A stretch of 64,000 nt of DNA, taken from the IMG/VR virus record IMGVR_UViG_3300028573_000017, positions 4,217-68,216 of that record. One strand, 5' to 3'. Position 1 is the stretch's first letter. Every line of letters starts with the position of its first letter. Under the pieces are notes generated by a model that was not told the DNA's origin, did not search any database, and saw only the letters and a program-made list of their open reading frames with translations. Origin of the DNA: a virus. Both the position numbers and the translations under genes were made by a program. Shown in pieces: positions 38,209-46,925 of this stretch.

Positions 38209-39101
38209 AACGCGGAACCGCCGGCAAGCGGCATCTGGTCCCATCCGTAGCCGTACACGCCGTCACCGCCATCCCAGCCGCCGCCACCAACCGACCATCG
38301 GCCGGCGGAACCGCCGCTGCGCCGCGTCTGCATCCAGTCGACCGCGATGTCGCTGCTGAAAACGCCCTCGTTGCCGTCCACGAGGCGCGCTTCCTGCACC
38401 TTTTGCTTGACGATGAGCAATTGCTCGTCGCGTATCCGCATCCCAAGCTTCGTGTCCTTGCGCGTCCATATCGGACCGGCGATCTCGCTGGCGAGGTAGG
38501 CGACGAAGGCGGCCCGGAAGAGCGGATCCCAGACGCTCGGGTAGAGCATGATCGCAGTGTAGACGCAGGTGGCAAACCGGACGTTGGTGCAGATCACCGT
38601 CCGCCCCTGCGGGCTGATGCCCTGCACCTCCCACGAGATTGACCCGCCCGGTACCGGATAGTTGAAATCGGTCTCGACGCTGAACTTCGCGGGCCGGATG
38701 CGCTGGCCGAGCGCCACCTGGCCGATGCCGGTGAGGAGTGGCGTCTGCGGTATCTGGATGTTGCCGGCGGGAACGAGCGACGCCTGATTGGCGAGGTTCC
38801 ACGGCAGGAAGCGCACCTTGGCGCAGTCCTCCGGGTAGGCGTACTCGTAGATGAACCATGGATTGGGCACGACGGTGCCAACGCCCGCCGTGTTGCCGCT
38901 GGCGTCGGCGAGCAGGGTGAGCGGCGCGGTCTTGCGCGCGAAGTTCCAGTGAGCGGCGCGGAGCAACTGCATCAGGCAATTGCGGTAGGCGCGGACAATG
39001 ATACGGCCTTCGTCGGACCCGTCCTCGATGTCGCCGAGCGTGATCGGCCACATGATGGCGTCGAGCGCCTGGTTGCCGATATCGGACGGAAGGTTGACCA
39101 T
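38205..39101 (-). CDS. Tail tubular protein A / adaptor paralogue 3
   Basis: DIGNQAL; LR..HWNFARK; YEYAYP.DC; WDPLF..A. Confidence 0.8.
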   Translation of the reverse strand: MVNLPSDIGNQALDAIMWPITLGDIEDGSDEGRIIVRAYRNCLMQLLRAAHWNFARKTAPLTLLADASGNTAGVGTVVPNPWFIYEYAYPEDCAKVRFLPWNLANQASLVPAGNIQIPQTPLLTGIGQVALGQRIRPAKFSVETDFNYPVPGGSISWEVQGISPQGRTVICTNVRFATCVYTAIMLYPSVWDPLFRAAFVAYLASEIAGPIWTRKDTKLGMRIRDEQLLIVKQKVQEARLVDGNEGVFSSDIAVDWMQTRRSGGSAGRWSVGGGGWDGGDGVYGYGWDQMPLAGGSAF

Positions 39102-39718
39102 CAGCCCTGCTCCGTCATCGCCTGCACGGTTTCACCCTGGCCCTCGACCGCCTGCATCTTGGCGGTCTCTAGGTTGGCCAGCCCCGGCGCGAGCCGCTCG
39201 CCGAGCGCTTGCGTCAGCGCCTCGATGAAGCCGACGTCCATGGTCGCGGGGTCGGTGACGCGCCCGATGTAGACCACCAGAGCGTTCGGCACGTTGCAGA
39301 GAATGACGCGCTGCGCCGGGTTCAAGTAGTTGTCGTTGTCGATCGAGAAGATGTTGTCCTGCGGATCGACGTTCGGGAAGAAGAGCGGCGTCGGCTTGAC
39401 CGCGCGCACCTTCAGGCAGGAGTCCGGATAGGCGTACTCGAACAGCCAGTTCACCGGCGGATTGACCGTCGGGTCCCACGGATTGACGCCGGGGATGTAG
39501 CTGTCGGGCGCGCTTTTCAGCAGCGTGAGAACGGCGTTCCGCTGGGCAAAGCCCGGGTTCATCTTCCGCAGGAGCTCGTCGCGAGTTTGCCCGTAAATGT
39601 TGAGGGCCAATTGCGCGGCCGCGGAGCCGTCGTAGAGGCTCGCCACCTCCTGCCGCCAGCCGATACGGACCAACGAGGCATTCACAATATCGGCGGCCGT
39701 GGTGCTGCTGCTTGGCAT
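39101..39718 (-). CDS. Tail tubular protein A / adaptor paralogue 2
   Basis: DIVNASL..IG; FEYAYPDSCL; D..F.EAL...L. Confidence 0.8.
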   Translation of the reverse strand: MPSSSTTAADIVNASLVRIGWRQEVASLYDGSAAAQLALNIYGQTRDELLRKMNPGFAQRNAVLTLLKSAPDSYIPGVNPWDPTVNPPVNWLFEYAYPDSCLKVRAVKPTPLFFPNVDPQDNIFSIDNDNYLNPAQRVILCNVPNALVVYIGRVTDPATMDVGFIEALTQALGERLAPGLANLETAKMQAVEGQGETVQAMTEQG

Positions 39719-39731
39719 TCAGGCCGCCTCG

Positions 39732-40298
39732 TCAGTTCCGCCTCTGCGCCCCGATCTGCGTAAATGTCCCGCCCGACTCTAGCATCGATTGGGCAAGATC
39801 GGGCTTGCCGGCAAGGGCAAGCGAAAGAGCGCTCGCCAGCGTTCTTACCACGGCCTCCCGGAACAAACTATTCCAGGTGTTTTCGTTGGGGTTGTTGTTG
39901 TAGACGCACTGCGCCGGCGAGAGGTTGGTGCGGATGACACGCGCCTGCGATCCGGCGACGATCGCGTTGGCCTCGATCCAGTTGATCGGGATCGGATCGT
40001 TCAGGTCGATGCCCGACGTCGGCATGACCTCCCAGACCTGAATTCCGTCCGCGGGGTAGATGTACTCGTAGGCCCACGGGTAGGGCGCCGGGTTGCCCGT
40101 AGGGTTGAGCACGGCGGTGCTGCGGGCGAAGTCCCACTCGAACTCCCGCCCGACAGTGGCAACGGTCGGCCCATACAGAAAAGACGCCGCAATGCCGGCC
40201 GGCGAGGTGTCAAACGTCGGGAACACCCCGGTCACGGCGGGCTGATTATCGCCGATGAGCTGGATCGCCTGATTGACGATATCCGCCGAGGTGACCAT
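39732..40298 (-). CDS. Tail tubular protein A / adaptor paralogue 1
   Basis: DIVNQAI..IG; WDFAR; W.YEY.YP.D; W..LFREA...LA. Confidence 0.8.
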   Translation of the reverse strand: MVTSADIVNQAIQLIGDNQPAVTGVFPTFDTSPAGIAASFLYGPTVATVGREFEWDFARSTAVLNPTGNPAPYPWAYEYIYPADGIQVWEVMPTSGIDLNDPIPINWIEANAIVAGSQARVIRTNLSPAQCVYNNNPNENTWNSLFREAVVRTLASALSLALAGKPDLAQSMLESGGTFTQIGAQRRN

Positions 40299-40307
40299 GC
40301 GGATTCT

Positions 40308-42059
40308 CTACGGGCTGTTGAACTCGGTGACGATCACCAGGCCGGCGCTGCCGGCGCCCCCGGCGGCCGTGCCACCGCCATTAAATGATATGCCGCCGTT
40401 TCCACCCGCGCCAAACCCTTGTCCTGCGGCGCCGGCCGTTGATGCAACGACACTCCTGTTTGCTGGTGCGCCGCCGAAAGGACCGGCTCCCCCTGCGCCA
40501 ACCTTCGCAATGATGTTGGTGGCAGCCGCCTGCCACCCGTCACCCCCGGCATTGCCGACTGTCGTTACATCCCCTGTCCCAGCAACGCCACCAGCGCCGA
40601 AAGCCCCAAGATTCGATCCGTTGGCCCCGGAGCCGGATGCCCCGCCTTTGCCAATGCACAAAGCCCCAAGCGACGTGTCGCCGCCAGCCGCGCCTGCGTT
40701 ATTACCAGCCGACCCGCCAGTGCCCGCCGCCCCTATGGTGACGGCCTTAGACGCTCCTATGTCAGACGCCGACACCCTTTTAATTGACAGACTGCCGCCG
40801 CCTCCACCACCAGCCCCCACTGCGCTGCCAGCGGCGGCGTTTGCCGCGCCACCGCCTCCGCCACCGCCACCAACGCACTGAACGATCGCATAGAGCATCT
40901 TGGCGTTCGGCGTGTAGGTGCCGGACGCGGTGAATTTCTGAATCGTGACGCTGCCGATCGTGCCGCTGGCCGTGATCGCGCCCGTCGAGAACGTCAGGCC
41001 CGATCCAAGGTTCGCCAGCACCGTCGTGCCGCTGACCGTCAGGCCGTTGCCGAGCGTGTACGACTGCCAGTCGGTGCCGTCCGACACGAGCAGGTTATTG
41101 GCGGACCCGGACGAGGTGAGGTGCGTGCCGCCCTTCGCCGTCGTGATCGCCGTGCCGCTCCACACACCGCTCGCGACCGTGCCCGTGGCCGTGATGTTCG
41201 CCTGCACCGCCGCCGGCAGCGTGCTCGAGATGGACGGTGCGCCGGCGCCGCTGGTGATCAGCACGCCGTTGTTGGCCGTCGCCAGCCCCGCCACCGTCGC
41301 TGCCGATCCCGGGTAATAGGCGAGCTGGTTGGTCGTGCCGGCCGTGACCGTGCCGGAGCCGCCGCCCGTCGTGCAAGGGCCGCCCGCATCGACGAAGTTG
41401 CCGGAGCTGATCGAGACACAATCGCCGTTGGTGAGCGACCCGGTGGACGTGGCAAAGGCGGTGGTCGTGCCTGTCCGCGTGCCGACCGCGATTGCGTTGG
41501 TCCCATTGCCGATAAGCGGCGCGTTGGAAGTGAAGCTGAGTGCGCCCGTCCCGCCGAGTGTCACCGGGACCGTCGTCAGTGAGATGACGCCGCTGGTGAT
41601 GACCAGCGGGGACGCCGCGCTGAGCGTCAGGTTCTGGGGGACGCCATTGACGAGAAACTGCAGCGGCAGAGGTGTCGCTCCGCCGGCCGCGCCGTAAGAG
41701 AGCAGGCCGCCTCCCTGGGCGTTCGGTGACAGGCAGAGATAGTGGTAGCCGGTCGAATTCGTGGTCGGTGCATCGTAGTCGCAGATGTTCTCGCCGTTCG
41801 GGCCAGTCCCGGCATTGGCGTAGGGCGCCGTGCCGGTACCGCGTACCACCGACAGGATCTCGCTGAGGCCAAGGCCGACCGCGCCGCCGCCTGCCGGTCC
41901 GCTGTCCTGCACGACCGGCTGCTGCGAGCCTTGCCCGACGTACATCGGCGCATGGCCTGGGGTCGTCGGCCCGCCCTGCAGGATGACCGTCTGCGCCATC
42001 GCCGCAGTCGAAAGAGCCATCGCGGCGAGGAAGGAAAGGATGGAACGACCGAACCGCAT
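40308..42059 (-). CDS. Tail fibre-like protein with signal peptide and C-terminal glycine-rich domain
   Basis: MRFGRSILSFLAAMALSTAAMA-Q; V..GGTG repeats; FTASGTYTP..CVGGGGGGG. Confidence 0.75.
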   Translation of the reverse strand: MRFGRSILSFLAAMALSTAAMAQTVILQGGPTTPGHAPMYVGQGSQQPVVQDSGPAGGGAVGLGLSEILSVVRGTGTAPYANAGTGPNGENICDYDAPTTNSTGYHYLCLSPNAQGGGLLSYGAAGGATPLPLQFLVNGVPQNLTLSAASPLVITSGVISLTTVPVTLGGTGALSFTSNAPLIGNGTNAIAVGTRTGTTTAFATSTGSLTNGDCVSISSGNFVDAGGPCTTGGGSGTVTAGTTNQLAYYPGSAATVAGLATANNGVLITSGAGAPSISSTLPAAVQANITATGTVASGVWSGTAITTAKGGTHLTSSGSANNLLVSDGTDWQSYTLGNGLTVSGTTVLANLGSGLTFSTGAITASGTIGSVTIQKFTASGTYTPNAKMLYAIVQCVGGGGGGGGAANAAAGSAVGAGGGGGGSLSIKRVSASDIGASKAVTIGAAGTGGSAGNNAGAAGGDTSLGALCIGKGGASGSGANGSNLGAFGAGGVAGTGDVTTVGNAGGDGWQAAATNIIAKVGAGGAGPFGGAPANRSVVASTAGAAGQGFGAGGNGGISFNGGGTAAGGAGSAGLVIVTEFNSP

Positions 42060-42107
42060 GGCGACCTCGCTAGGCGTTGAACCGTATAGTGGCGGACGCA
42101 GGCGAGG

Positions 42108-42464
42108 CTAGTAGATGCCGATCATCTTGCCAACGCCGCCCTCTGGCTTGTCGGCTGGTTTAACGTCCTCGTCGTCACCGCCAAGGATGCCCATGTCCTC
42201 GATCTGGGCCTCGATGCGATAGCACTTACCGTCCGGCCCGTCGTTGCACGATACCGAGGTCACCCGGGCCAGACCCTGCAGCATGAAGGTACCGCCTACC
42301 GTCGCATCCGTCGGATCGATGCCGAGCTTCTCGATCTCGTCGTCCGTCAGGCAGATGCGAAGCCCGTAGGGATAATCCGGCTTGTTCGGCATGGCGATAG
42401 GCATCGGCGCATCGAGCTTCGACTCGTCGTCGAGTTCCATCGACTGCATGGGGATGAGGGCCAT
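42108..42464 (-). CDS. Capsid staple protein (epsilon15 gp10-like)
   Basis: YPYGLRI.L..EIEKLG..A.VTSVS..QI.DM. Confidence 0.75.
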   Translation of the reverse strand: MALIPMQSMELDDESKLDAPMPIAMPNKPDYPYGLRICLTDDEIEKLGIDPTDATVGGTFMLQGLARVTSVSCNDGPDGKCYRIEAQIEDMGILGGDDEDVKPADKPEGGVGKMIGIY

Positions 42465-42475
42465 CGATGCGCTCC

Positions 42476-42889
42476 CTAGACCGGTGGCGTGGGGCCAGCG
42501 GCACCCGGCGCCTGCGGCTCGCCAGCAGCACCCGGGACTGCGGCCGGACCGGAACCGGCGGCACCAAGCTCGGCGTCGTTCGCCGTGTTCATGGTCCCGA
42601 TTTCCTTCTCGTGCCGGGCTGCCATCTGGCGCATCGCCTCGCGGTGGTTGCCATGGAGGTCGCGGCGCTCGGTCTCATGCCGCTTGTGCATGTCCGCGCG
42701 GGCCTTGGCGTGCCGACCGTGGACGCTTTCCTTGCCCTCGGCCTTGGGGTCCTTCTCCTCGGCCTTCTTTTCGGCAGCGGGCTCTTTCTTCTCCTCGGCC
42801 GCGCCCTCGGGCTTCTTCTCCTCCGGCTTCGACTCGGATTTCTTGCCGCCGTACATGCGCTCGCGTCTGGTGCTCTTTTCGTCGGCCAT
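42476..42889 (-). CDS. Charged low-complexity protein
   Basis: Lys/Glu-rich; H..ERRD.H..H repeats. Confidence 0.65.
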   Translation of the reverse strand: MADEKSTRRERMYGGKKSESKPEEKKPEGAAEEKKEPAAEKKAEEKDPKAEGKESVHGRHAKARADMHKRHETERRDLHGNHREAMRQMAARHEKEIGTMNTANDAELGAAGSGPAAVPGAAGEPQAPGAAGPTPPV

Positions 42890-42893
42890 CGGA

Positions 42894-43062
42894 TTAACCC
42901 TTCGCCATCTTGGCTGCTGATCTCGGGTAGAGGCGAGCGCGGCGATCCCCGAATGCTCGCTTCGGGTCCGGCTCAGTAACGCCCTTGCTGCGGAAGTCGT
43001 CTCCCTTGCGGGAGTCCGGCGCCGCCTTCTGGATCCACTTCTTCTTCGGCTTGTCGGCCATC
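42894..43062 (-). CDS. Small basic protein
   Basis: MADKPKKKWIQKA...RRARLYP; start approximate. Confidence 0.5.
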
Positions 43063-43098
43063 GGCTTCGTCCTCGATGCAGCGTCGGCGAGCGTCAGA

Positions 43099-43290
43099 CT
43101 AGCCATTGCCCCGGCTGCGCTTGTGCTTGTACATCCGCTCCGCCCGGGTGCCGACGCGCTCCGGCAGCTTGCCCGGCTTGTCGTCGGCGATCATCTTCTT
43201 CGCAGTCTCTTGGGAGACGCCACCGGCGCCTCCCTTCTTCGATCCGGCGCTGTAGAACAGCGCCCGCTGCTTTTCCGAACGGAACGGCAC
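43099..43290 (-). CDS. Small basic protein
   Basis: MPFRSEKQRA....KLPERV. Confidence 0.7.
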   Translation of the reverse strand: MPFRSEKQRALFYSAGSKKGGAGGVSQETAKKMIADDKPGKLPERVGTRAERMYKHKRSRGNG

Positions 43291-44609
43291 TATAGCTCGG
43301 CCGATGCCTGGATGGATCCGGTCGGCGAACCGGTGCCCGCATCCCAGAACCAGCCAGCCGTACCCGCCGCCGGCCCGCCCGCCGAGGACGCGCAGTCAAT
43401 GAGCACGCCCGTCGTGGACGGACCAAACCCGGTGACGGTCGCCGAGGTGGTGAGGCCCGTGCAGGCAAAGCCGGAGGTCGACGCGGCCTGCGCGCTGGCA
43501 AGAAAGCCGGTCGCGTAGGTCATCGTCGGAGCGACGCGCATGTTCTGCGGGAACTTCACAAAGCAGTTCGAGATGCTCGTCGTCGACGAAATGCACTCGC
43601 CTTCGACGATCTTCGAGGTCGAGCTTTCAGTGATCTGGTAGAAATAGCGCAACTGAAGCATGGTCTCGACGCCCTGAAGGCGTCGGTCGAATGCGGCGCA
43701 CTGCACCGTGCCGGCCGTGGTGCCGCACACCTGTCCGACCGTGGTCGAGACGCTGGCAGCGAGCGACGAATTGCGCACCAGTTGGAGGCCGGCGAGCGCG
43801 ATATAGTCGTTCGTGCCGGCGGTGCCGACCGGGGTCCAGCAGATCGCTACGCCGATCTCGGTCGCGGTTGTCGGGATGGTCGCGATCGCTGCATAACGGC
43901 CATTGACGGTGCTGATCGGAATGACAGCCGCCGTCGCGTTGGCCTGCCCGGTCCAGCCGGAACCGCCGCCACCGCCGGCATTGATGCCGAAGGCCATCTT
44001 GGCGATGCCTTCGTCGACGCCGGTGCCAGTGACGATGTAGGCAGTGATGTTCGAGCTCGCCGCCGAGAAGTTGGCGCCGGCTACCGCATGGAAGTCGAAT
44101 TCGGCGGTCTGGCCCTGGAACTGGTATGAGTTGGCCGTTTCCACCGCCTGTGCCATGCATACCGGAATGACGCCAGTCTGTCCGGAGGTGCGGGCCATTT
44201 TGAAGGCATAGGGATAGGCGCTCGCCGGAAGGTCTGCGGCGGTCGAGTCGCGCGAGACGGTCATCGCCGTCGCGGTGCCAGACCAGTAGGCAAAGCGGTC
44301 CGGGCCACCATAGGTCGTGGTCGTGGTGACGCTGGAGCCGGTGGTGCCGCGCTGCCAAAGATTGGTGGCTGCGTCGCCGCCGATGAGCGCATTGCCCTTG
44401 GTCGGGAGCGACCCGTTGTAGCCGGCGAGCGTGAGCGCGCTGGCGTAGACGTTGCCGGCCTGCGCATTGCCGCCAACGACATCCTGGAAGAGATCGGTCG
44501 GCCCGACGATCGAGACCTGCGGAGGCGCGGCATTTGCCGGAACGATGGGCGCGAGGATGAGGGCAATGGCTGCCGCAAGGCTCGCGAGACGGTTCAGTTT
44601 CATGGTCAT
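43290..44609 (-). CDS. Fibre/decoration protein with signal peptide and carbohydrate-binding-like domain
   Basis: Signal peptide ending ANA-A; N.L.GGD...WQRGT..DRF; E....RYFY; MR.APT. Confidence 0.7.
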   Translation of the reverse strand: MTMKLNRLASLAAAIALILAPIVPANAAPPQVSIVGPTDLFQDVVGGNAQAGNVYASALTLAGYNGSLPTKGNALIGGDAATNLWQRGTTGSSVTTTTTYGGPDRFAYWSGTATAMTVSRDSTAADLPASAYPYAFKMARTSGQTGVIPVCMAQAVETANSYQFQGQTAEFDFHAVAGANFSAASSNITAYIVTGTGVDEGIAKMAFGINAGGGGGSGWTGQANATAAVIPISTVNGRYAAIATIPTTATEIGVAICWTPVGTAGTNDYIALAGLQLVRNSSLAASVSTTVGQVCGTTAGTVQCAAFDRRLQGVETMLQLRYFYQITESSTSKIVEGECISSTTSISNCFVKFPQNMRVAPTMTYATGFLASAQAASTSGFACTGLTTSATVTGFGPSTTGVLIDCASSAGGPAAGTAGWFWDAGTGSPTGSIQASAEL

Positions 44610-44635
44610 TTCTCCTCGAATTGTCCCGGCCGCGA

Positions 44636-44968
44636 TCAGCCGATGATGCCGTAATTGTACGTCCCCGTATCACCCGCGACGCCGCCGACGGTAAAGCCGG
44701 TGCCGGGCGTGATCGTCAGCACGTTTGGGGCCGTCGGACTTATCGTCCCGCCGACCGTTTTAAGGGTGAAGATGATGAGCGAGCCAGCTTTGACGCGGGC
44801 GTCTGCGACGGTGACCGGGGTGGCGCCGTTCAGCACGAAGGTGCCGCCGCCAACCGGCAGGGACGTGACTTCTGGACCGCCGTTGTCGATCGGCATGACG
44901 CCGGGCTTCGCCGCGGTGATGGCGGGCAGGCCGCCGGTGAGGATCGTCTGGCCTGGCTGCACGGTCAT
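44636..44968 (-). CDS. Small beta-rich virion (head fibre-like) protein
   Basis: GTFVLNGATPVTV..ITPGTGFTV..DT.TYNY. Confidence 0.6.
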   Translation of the reverse strand: MTVQPGQTILTGGLPAITAAKPGVMPIDNGGPEVTSLPVGGGTFVLNGATPVTVADARVKAGSLIIFTLKTVGGTISPTAPNVLTITPGTGFTVGGVAGDTGTYNYGIIG

Positions 44969-45060
44969 CGGTCAGTTCCTTTCAAAGCGAGCGTGGCACC
45001 TATACCACGGATATTCCTGTTGCGGGAGAGCGCCCGAACATCAAGCGGAGCGCAATCCGC

Positions 45061-46170
45061 CTAGCATGCATTGATGTCGATGCCCGTACTGCCTGGACTC
45101 AGATAGTAGGGGCTGGCAAGAAAGCGCACGGTGTTGCCGCAGACCATTCCATTGTAATTACCGGACTGCATGGCAATGCCACCGGTGTTCGTGTACGGGG
45201 ACGGCATATTGCTTTTGAAGCTGTTGCCGGAAATCGTAAAATCGGCAACGCCATAAATGCTTATGCCGTAGCCGGGGGATCCGATGATCGTGAACACATT
45301 ATCGTTGAAATTCGCCTGTTGCAGCCAGGTTATATTCGCGGGGTGCTGCGTCACGCTGATGCCGTAGCCGGCAGCTATTCCGATCTGGTTGCCAATCACT
45401 TGGAAATTGAAAAAGTTCCATGGGTTGGTGGCGGGCGGTGTCAGGGCTACTGCGGCGGCGACGGTCCCCTCGATTGAGTTGCCGTCGATTACGATGTCGG
45501 AGCCTCCCGGAACAGCCGCGAAGACACCGCGATAGCCGTAGGCCGCGCCTAGAATTTTGTTGTTGGTGACGCGAAGCCCGTCGCCGCTTTCCTGGTAAAT
45601 GGCCGTGTAGTTTCCGGAGCAACAAAAAAGGCTGTCGATGATACGATTGTCGCCGGCATCGTAGTTGTAATGGTTGGCGATATGGATGCCCTCGTGCGTG
45701 ACAGACTGTGCCCAGAGATCATCGACGATCCAATATGCCGCCGCGTCCATCTTGATGCAGTCATAGAGGCTGACACAGCGCATGTGCAGGAATGAACTGC
45801 GATAATTGTTGTTTCCGGGAGCGGTCACATAAATGGCTGCCCCGGCGGTCTGAGTGTGCCCGCTCGCCGGCTGAATAGTGAAGTCGCGAAAGGTATCGCT
45901 GTAAACAGTGTTGACGTAGAATCCGTTCTGCGTCGTCGAACCCAAGGTGACGATCGCGCTCTGATTCTCGTTTCCGTAGATGGCAAGACCGCAGGTAATG
46001 TTGACCGCCGCCCCGAGCGCGTAGGTCTGCGCGCCGAGGTGGACGAAGTGGTCGCTGGCGCAAGCGGTGTTGACCGCAGCCTGCATTTCGACGTCGGTGT
46101 AGGGACTGGCGACCTCAGTCGCGAGGGCCGGTGAGGCGAATAGAAGAAGGGCTGCGAGAAGTCTCTTCAT
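45061..46170 (-). CDS. Parallel beta-helix (pectate lyase-like) tailspike/depolymerase with signal peptide
   Basis: MKRLLAALLLFASPALA-T; MQAAVN; repeated I.GN/N.I..GI turns. Confidence 0.8.
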   Translation of the reverse strand: MKRLLAALLLFASPALATEVASPYTDVEMQAAVNTACASDHFVHLGAQTYALGAAVNITCGLAIYGNENQSAIVTLGSTTQNGFYVNTVYSDTFRDFTIQPASGHTQTAGAAIYVTAPGNNNYRSSFLHMRCVSLYDCIKMDAAAYWIVDDLWAQSVTHEGIHIANHYNYDAGDNRIIDSLFCCSGNYTAIYQESGDGLRVTNNKILGAAYGYRGVFAAVPGGSDIVIDGNSIEGTVAAAVALTPPATNPWNFFNFQVIGNQIGIAAGYGISVTQHPANITWLQQANFNDNVFTIIGSPGYGISIYGVADFTISGNSFKSNMPSPYTNTGGIAMQSGNYNGMVCGNTVRFLASPYYLSPGSTGIDINAC

Positions 46171-46925
46171 CTTACGTACTCCGTGATGATTACGATTCCC
46201 GCCGTGCCCACGCCCCCCGAAACACTGGTCGCCGAGTTAATTCCGAACCCCCCGCTTCCTCCCGAGCAAAACCCTGACGCAGCATTTCCGACGACTGTAC
46301 CCGTAGAAAACGAAACGACACCCCTCCCACCACCCCCATAGGCACAACTTCCTCCCGCGCCGCTACCACTTCCCGCAGTTATGATCGTTCCTCCGAACCC
46401 GGTGAACCCAGGCGCCCCGGTTGCGGCAACATCGCCGGTCCCTGCGACGCCGCCCAGCCCACCAGTGCCGGCGAGGACCGTAGCCGCATTGGCGAAGCCT
46501 CCGCCCGAACCGCCTTTGCCTATGCAAAGCGTGCCGACAGACGTGTCACCCCCGCCATTACCTGGATTGGCCCCGGCCGTTCCGGCGGTCCCCGCCGCCC
46601 CTATGGTGACGGTTTGCGAAGCCCCGACCGTAGCGGCAGAAACAGTTACGCGACTATAGCTTCCCGCTCCTCCTCCGCCCGCTCCGTTAGTATCCGCAAC
46701 GGCCCCTAGAACGCCTCCGCCTGCGCCGCCCCCACCGACACATTCGATAACCGCTGAAAACATCCCAGCGGTAGGAGTGTACGTTCCACTGCCAGTGAAC
46801 ACCTGCTTGACTACGGCGCTAATCGTGGAGGAACTCGCTCCACCGCTGGTCGTGATGATGACCGCCTTGGCGGGGAGAGCCGCGAAGGCAAGCGCGAGAA
46901 GTCCGAAGAGGATGCGCTTTATCAC
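46167..46925 (-). CDS. Glycine-rich fibre-domain protein with signal peptide
   Basis: MIKRILFGLLALAFAALPAKA-V; FTGSGTYTP..CVGGGG. Confidence 0.75.
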   Translation of the reverse strand: MIKRILFGLLALAFAALPAKAVIITTSGGASSSTISAVVKQVFTGSGTYTPTAGMFSAVIECVGGGGAGGGVLGAVADTNGAGGGGAGSYSRVTVSAATVGASQTVTIGAAGTAGTAGANPGNGGGDTSVGTLCIGKGGSGGGFANAATVLAGTGGLGGVAGTGDVAATGAPGFTGFGGTIITAGSGSGAGGSCAYGGGGRGVVSFSTGTVVGNAASGFCSGGSGGFGINSATSVSGGVGTAGIVIITEYVR

